DNA of 64,000 nucleotides from a bacterium (GTDB taxonomy: Bacteria; SAR324; JACQKK01), in NCBI GenBank assembly GCA_965240465.1, contig OZ251219.1:288001-352000 (forward strand), read 5' to 3'. This document shows positions 60,818 to 64,000 of the stretch, piece by piece. Under the pieces are notes generated by a model that made no database searches, was not told where the DNA came from, and saw only the letters and a program-made list of their open reading frames with translations. The stretch's first letter is position 1; each line of letters begins with the position of its first letter. A program made the position numbers and the translations under genes.

Positions 60818-62791
60818 ATGAAAGAATTATCATTACTATCAGCCAGTTGTATTCTGGCTCTATTTTTAGCTAGCTGCGGGGGGGGTAGTAGCGGGGGGGG
60901 GGGTGGCGGCGGGGTTGTAGATACCGATGGCGATGGCATACCCGACAGCAAGGATTTATGCAAAAATAGCATTGACGAGAACTTCATCAGCAGTAGCACC
61001 ACCGACGCCGACAAGGACGGTTGCAAAGATGACGACCCTAACGGAGAAGACCAAGATCGTGGTAATGGTAAAGACAAAGATAATGATGGCAAGGTAGGTG
61101 CTGATGATAAATGTCCGCAAGGTGAAACTAACTGGACGAGCATAAGCACTAGCACTGACCCCGCTGTAACTATCACCGACAATGACAGCGATGGTTGTCG
61201 GGATGCTGGCGAGGATGTAGATGACGACAATAACGGTCTAATAGAAATTGCCACTGCTCTGGAGCTAAACAACATCCGCCACGATTTGGACGGCACTCAC
61301 TATGATGAAGATGAAGATGACAGCACCAATATAGGCTCTAATACGGGTTGTTCTACTACTAATCCCGTAGGTTGCAATGGCTACGAACTAGCTGGCGACA
61401 TTGATATTTCTTCCATTATCAACTTTGTTCCCATTGGTAGCTTACCCGATCCTTTTTCTGCTATCTTACAAGGTAATGATTATACCATCAGTAACCTAAA
61501 AATTGCCACCGACAATCCCACCAGATTCACGGGCTTTTTTGCGGTTTTGGGTACTAATAGCACGGTACGGAACTTGTCCTTTGAAATGGGTTCAGTTTCC
61601 AGTAGCAACGGTAATGCTACTTTTGATAATGTCAACTATGTGGGGGTTCTGGCAGGCACAAATAAAGGAACAATATCGGGTGTTTCTGCTGATATATCAG
61701 TTTCTGCCAGTGAAGATACCTTTAACTATGTAGGTGGCTTGGTAAGTCATAATAGTGGCACCATCAGTTCTAGCCATGCCACTGGCTCTGCCACTGTCTC
61801 TGCTGCCGGTGGTAAACTTAGTCTAGTGGGTGGCTTGGTAAGTGCAAATTTTGGCATCATCAGTTCTAGCTCTGCCACTGGCTCTGCCACTGGCGGTGGT
61901 GTTGGTAATAACTGGGTAGGTGGCTTGGTAGGTTATAATTCATCCACCATCCAAGATAGTTATGCCACTGGCTTTGCCACTGGCGGTGCTAATAGTGACT
62001 TTGTCGGTGGCTTGGTAGGTGATAATTTTAGTGGCACCATCAGTTCTAGCCATGCCACTGGCAAGGCTGATGGCGGTGGTGGTGGTGACTTTGTCGGTGG
62101 CTTGGTAGGTTATCATGAGTTTCACACCACCATCATCAGAAATAGCTATGCCACTGGCAAGGCTGATGGCGGTGCTGGTGATGACATTGTCGGTGGCTTG
62201 GTAGGTTCGAATGAGAATACCATCAAGAATAGCTATGCCACTGGCAAGGCTGATGGCGGTGCTGGTGATGACATTGTCGGTGGCTTAGTGGGATTTATTG
62301 CTAATGCTTCCACAACCATCAGTAACAGTTACGCCTTAGGAACTGTTGATGGAGGTGCTGACGGCGATGAAGTGGGTCGCTTGCTTGGCAAAAAAGGGAC
62401 TGGTAGTATTGGGACAATTACAATTACCAGCAACTATTATGATAGTGGTAGTAGCTTAACTGGCGAAAGTCCCCTATCCCTTCCAGATACCGAAGCTCTG
62501 GGCAGGACCAAAGCCCGGCTGAAAGCCAACAACAATGTTGCCCCCGATAGTGATACTGCTTGCAGTAGTGCTGGGGGAACTTGGAGTAGTGCTGCATGCA
62601 CCTATGGGCATCTGGACTTTAGTACCGACAACTGGGATTTCACTGCTGACAAATACCCCAGCCTGAGGTCTTATAAGACTACCACTGATACCAGCACCCC
62701 CCCCGTGGTCACCCAAATCGCAGGCGATCTGCTCTGTGGGCAATTACCCGAAGCTGACTTCGTTCAGTGTCCCCCCTCCACTACGCCTTAG
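60818..62791 (+). CDS. Array lipoprotein 16
   Basis: GGAGG RBS before ATG 60818; FLASC; same architecture. Confidence 0.9.
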   Translation: MKELSLLSASCILALFLASCGGGSSGGGGGGGVVDTDGDGIPDSKDLCKNSIDENFISSSTTDADKDGCKDDDPNGEDQDRGNGKDKDNDGKVGADDKCPQGETNWTSISTSTDPAVTITDNDSDGCRDAGEDVDDDNNGLIEIATALELNNIRHDLDGTHYDEDEDDSTNIGSNTGCSTTNPVGCNGYELAGDIDISSIINFVPIGSLPDPFSAILQGNDYTISNLKIATDNPTRFTGFFAVLGTNSTVRNLSFEMGSVSSSNGNATFDNVNYVGVLAGTNKGTISGVSADISVSASEDTFNYVGGLVSHNSGTISSSHATGSATVSAAGGKLSLVGGLVSANFGIISSSSATGSATGGGVGNNWVGGLVGYNSSTIQDSYATGFATGGANSDFVGGLVGDNFSGTISSSHATGKADGGGGGDFVGGLVGYHEFHTTIIRNSYATGKADGGAGDDIVGGLVGSNENTIKNSYATGKADGGAGDDIVGGLVGFIANASTTISNSYALGTVDGGADGDEVGRLLGKKGTGSIGTITITSNYYDSGSSLTGESPLSLPDTEALGRTKARLKANNNVAPDSDTACSSAGGTWSSAACTYGHLDFSTDNWDFTADKYPSLRSYKTTTDTSTPPVVTQIAGDLLCGQLPEADFVQCPPSTTP

Positions 62792-62837
62792 GCTAGCCCC
62801 CCTCCCCCGACTGCTTGAAGAAGTCAGCCGAGCATTT

Positions 62838-62861
62838 GGGAGTGAGTCTCACTCCCTTTTT
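62838..62861 (+). terminator. Repeated array terminator hairpin (shortened loop)
   Basis: GGGAGTGA-GTC-TCACTCCC-TTTTT. Confidence 0.8.
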
Positions 62862-62968
62862 GTTTTTGGGGACTGCGTGTTGTTATTTTAATCATCAGAG
62901 GAGAAGGATTTTTAGTTTGCCCCTTGTGTGAAGCCCTTTTATTGCACTATCCTTGGGTTTGGGTCAGA

Positions 62969-63057
62969 GGAGAGGTGACTGAGTGGCCGAAAGTGGCAGA
63001 TTGCTAATCTGTTGTGTGGGGAAACTTGCACCGCGGGTTCGAATCCCGCCCTCTCCG
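62969..63057 (+). tRNA. tRNA-Ser(GCT)
   Basis: GGAGAGG...GCAGA-TTGCTAA-TCTGT, long variable arm, GGTTCGAATCC, CCTCTCC-G. Confidence 0.95.
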
Positions 63058-63100
63058 TTATTTGTATGGAAGTTAGCTGATGTTTGAGTGGAGGTTAGTA

Positions 63101-64000
63101 TTGGATCAGTTGGGTGGTAGTTTAACAAGGGGTAGTTTTGTGCGAGATTTTTTTTGGTATGGAGGAGTGAATGGGTTACAGGCGTTAATTCCATTGTGTT
63201 TATTACCTTTTATTACTCGGACGGTATCTAGCGAGCAATATGGTTTATATGGTTTTTTTATTGCGGTGGTGTTGTTATTTCATCCTTTTGTGCGTTTGGG
63301 GATGGACAGTTCGGTATTGTACAAGACGTTCACTTCTTCGAGCGAGCGTTTAAGTGAGTATTGGGGAACGGCATTAACGCTATGTTTTTTAGTGGGAGGG
63401 GTATTAGCGATGGTGGCTTGGTTTTTTCCTATTTTGTCTAGTTGGGGTATTCGGGGTTTATCTGAGCAAGGGGTTGGCATGGGGGTGTTACAGAGGTGGT
63501 TGCCGTTGGTGATAATGATTGCCTTATTTGAGAATGTGTTGGCGATTTTGCGTGCTTTTTCTATAGCGATAAGCAAGCGGATATATTATGCGGTATTGAC
63601 TTTGGGTCAGCGGTTGCTGTGGGCTTTATTGGCGATTTGGCTAGTGGTTTTGGGTGGTGAGCAGGCGGGTGGATTATTATTATCGCAGGTATATTCATTA
63701 TTGTTGCTGGTTTTATTGGGATTAGTTTGGTTATGGAGGATGGGGTATTTGAAGTTAGCGATCAAGTCAGAGGATATTTTACATAGTTTTAGGTATGGCT
63801 TACCGTTGGTATTGCAAGTATTTTCTTTCAACATGATTCAATATTCGGACCGTTTTTTCTTAAAAGTGATTAGTGGTTTGGATAGTTTGGGAGTGTATGT
63901 AGCGGGTACGCAAGTATCTTTAGCTTTTTTTGTTTTTACGGCTTCTTTGCAATCTATTTGGCATCCGTGGGTTTTTGCTCGTCTTGCTAGCGATAGTTAT
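63101..64000 (+). CDS. Wzx-like polysaccharide flippase (runs off the window end)
   Basis: Manual translation: LLPFITRTVSSEQYGLY, LGMDS, YGLPLV...YSDRFFL; multiple TM helices; TTG start after GGAGG (ATG 63080 is an alternative). Confidence 0.8.
   Translation, partial: MDQLGGSLTRGSFVRDFFWYGGVNGLQALIPLCLLPFITRTVSSEQYGLYGFFIAVVLLFHPFVRLGMDSSVLYKTFTSSSERLSEYWGTALTLCFLVGGVLAMVAWFFPILSSWGIRGLSEQGVGMGVLQRWLPLVIMIALFENVLAILRAFSIAISKRIYYAVLTLGQRLLWALLAIWLVVLGGEQAGGLLLSQVYSLLLLVLLGLVWLWRMGYLKLAIKSEDILHSFRYGLPLVLQVFSFNMIQYSDRFFLKVISGLDSLGVYVAGTQVSLAFFVFTASLQSIWHPWVFARLASDSY

Noticed and set aside
22506-62743. Many antisense and alternate-frame ORFs overlapping the lipoprotein genes
   Set aside because: Shadow ORFs from repetitive Asp/Gly codon usage; low-complexity products with no RBS support
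20760-62791. Integron (integrase plus attC cassette array)
   Set aside because: The recombinase lacks the IntI-specific insertion, spacers lack RYYYAAC/GTTRRRY-bounded attC structure, and all genes are paralogs
22531-62791. Inversion shufflon of the mycoplasma vsa/vpma type
   Set aside because: All 16 genes are in the same orientation and no inverted recombination sites were seen

Overview
Bacterial chromosomal window in three parts. (1) 1-22.4 kb holds an AT-rich type II restriction-modification pair next to tRNA-Ser, an RNase H-like/NUDIX fusion gene and housekeeping genes (cysS, LysM amidase, psd, ftsH, purM, queA, tRNA-fMet, tRNA-Gly, SDR, folB, gshA, a catalytically degenerate Xer-like recombinase, reductase-only ribD). 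Short, unrelated tandem repeats sit at most gene junctions, and there is a gene-scale sawtooth G/C skew. (2) 22.5-62.8 kb is a ~40 kb co-oriented array of 16 paralogous lipoprotein genes: lipobox, variable-length Asp-rich thrombospondin type 3-like stalk, GLUG-repeat head with hypervariable patches, and a near-invariant C-terminal LLC..DFVQC motif. The genes are mosaics of each other and are joined by repeated spacer, terminator and promoter modules. (3) Between array genes 15 and 16 lies an ~630 nt non-coding segment with its own sigma70-type promoter. By eye it folds into a multibranched RNA closed by a 20-of-21 bp long-range stem, with several G-U-containing helices. This candidate large structured ncRNA is the most striking unexplained feature. 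The window ends with tRNA-Ser(GCT) and a partial Wzx-like flippase. All assignments come from manual motif recognition; no searches were run.
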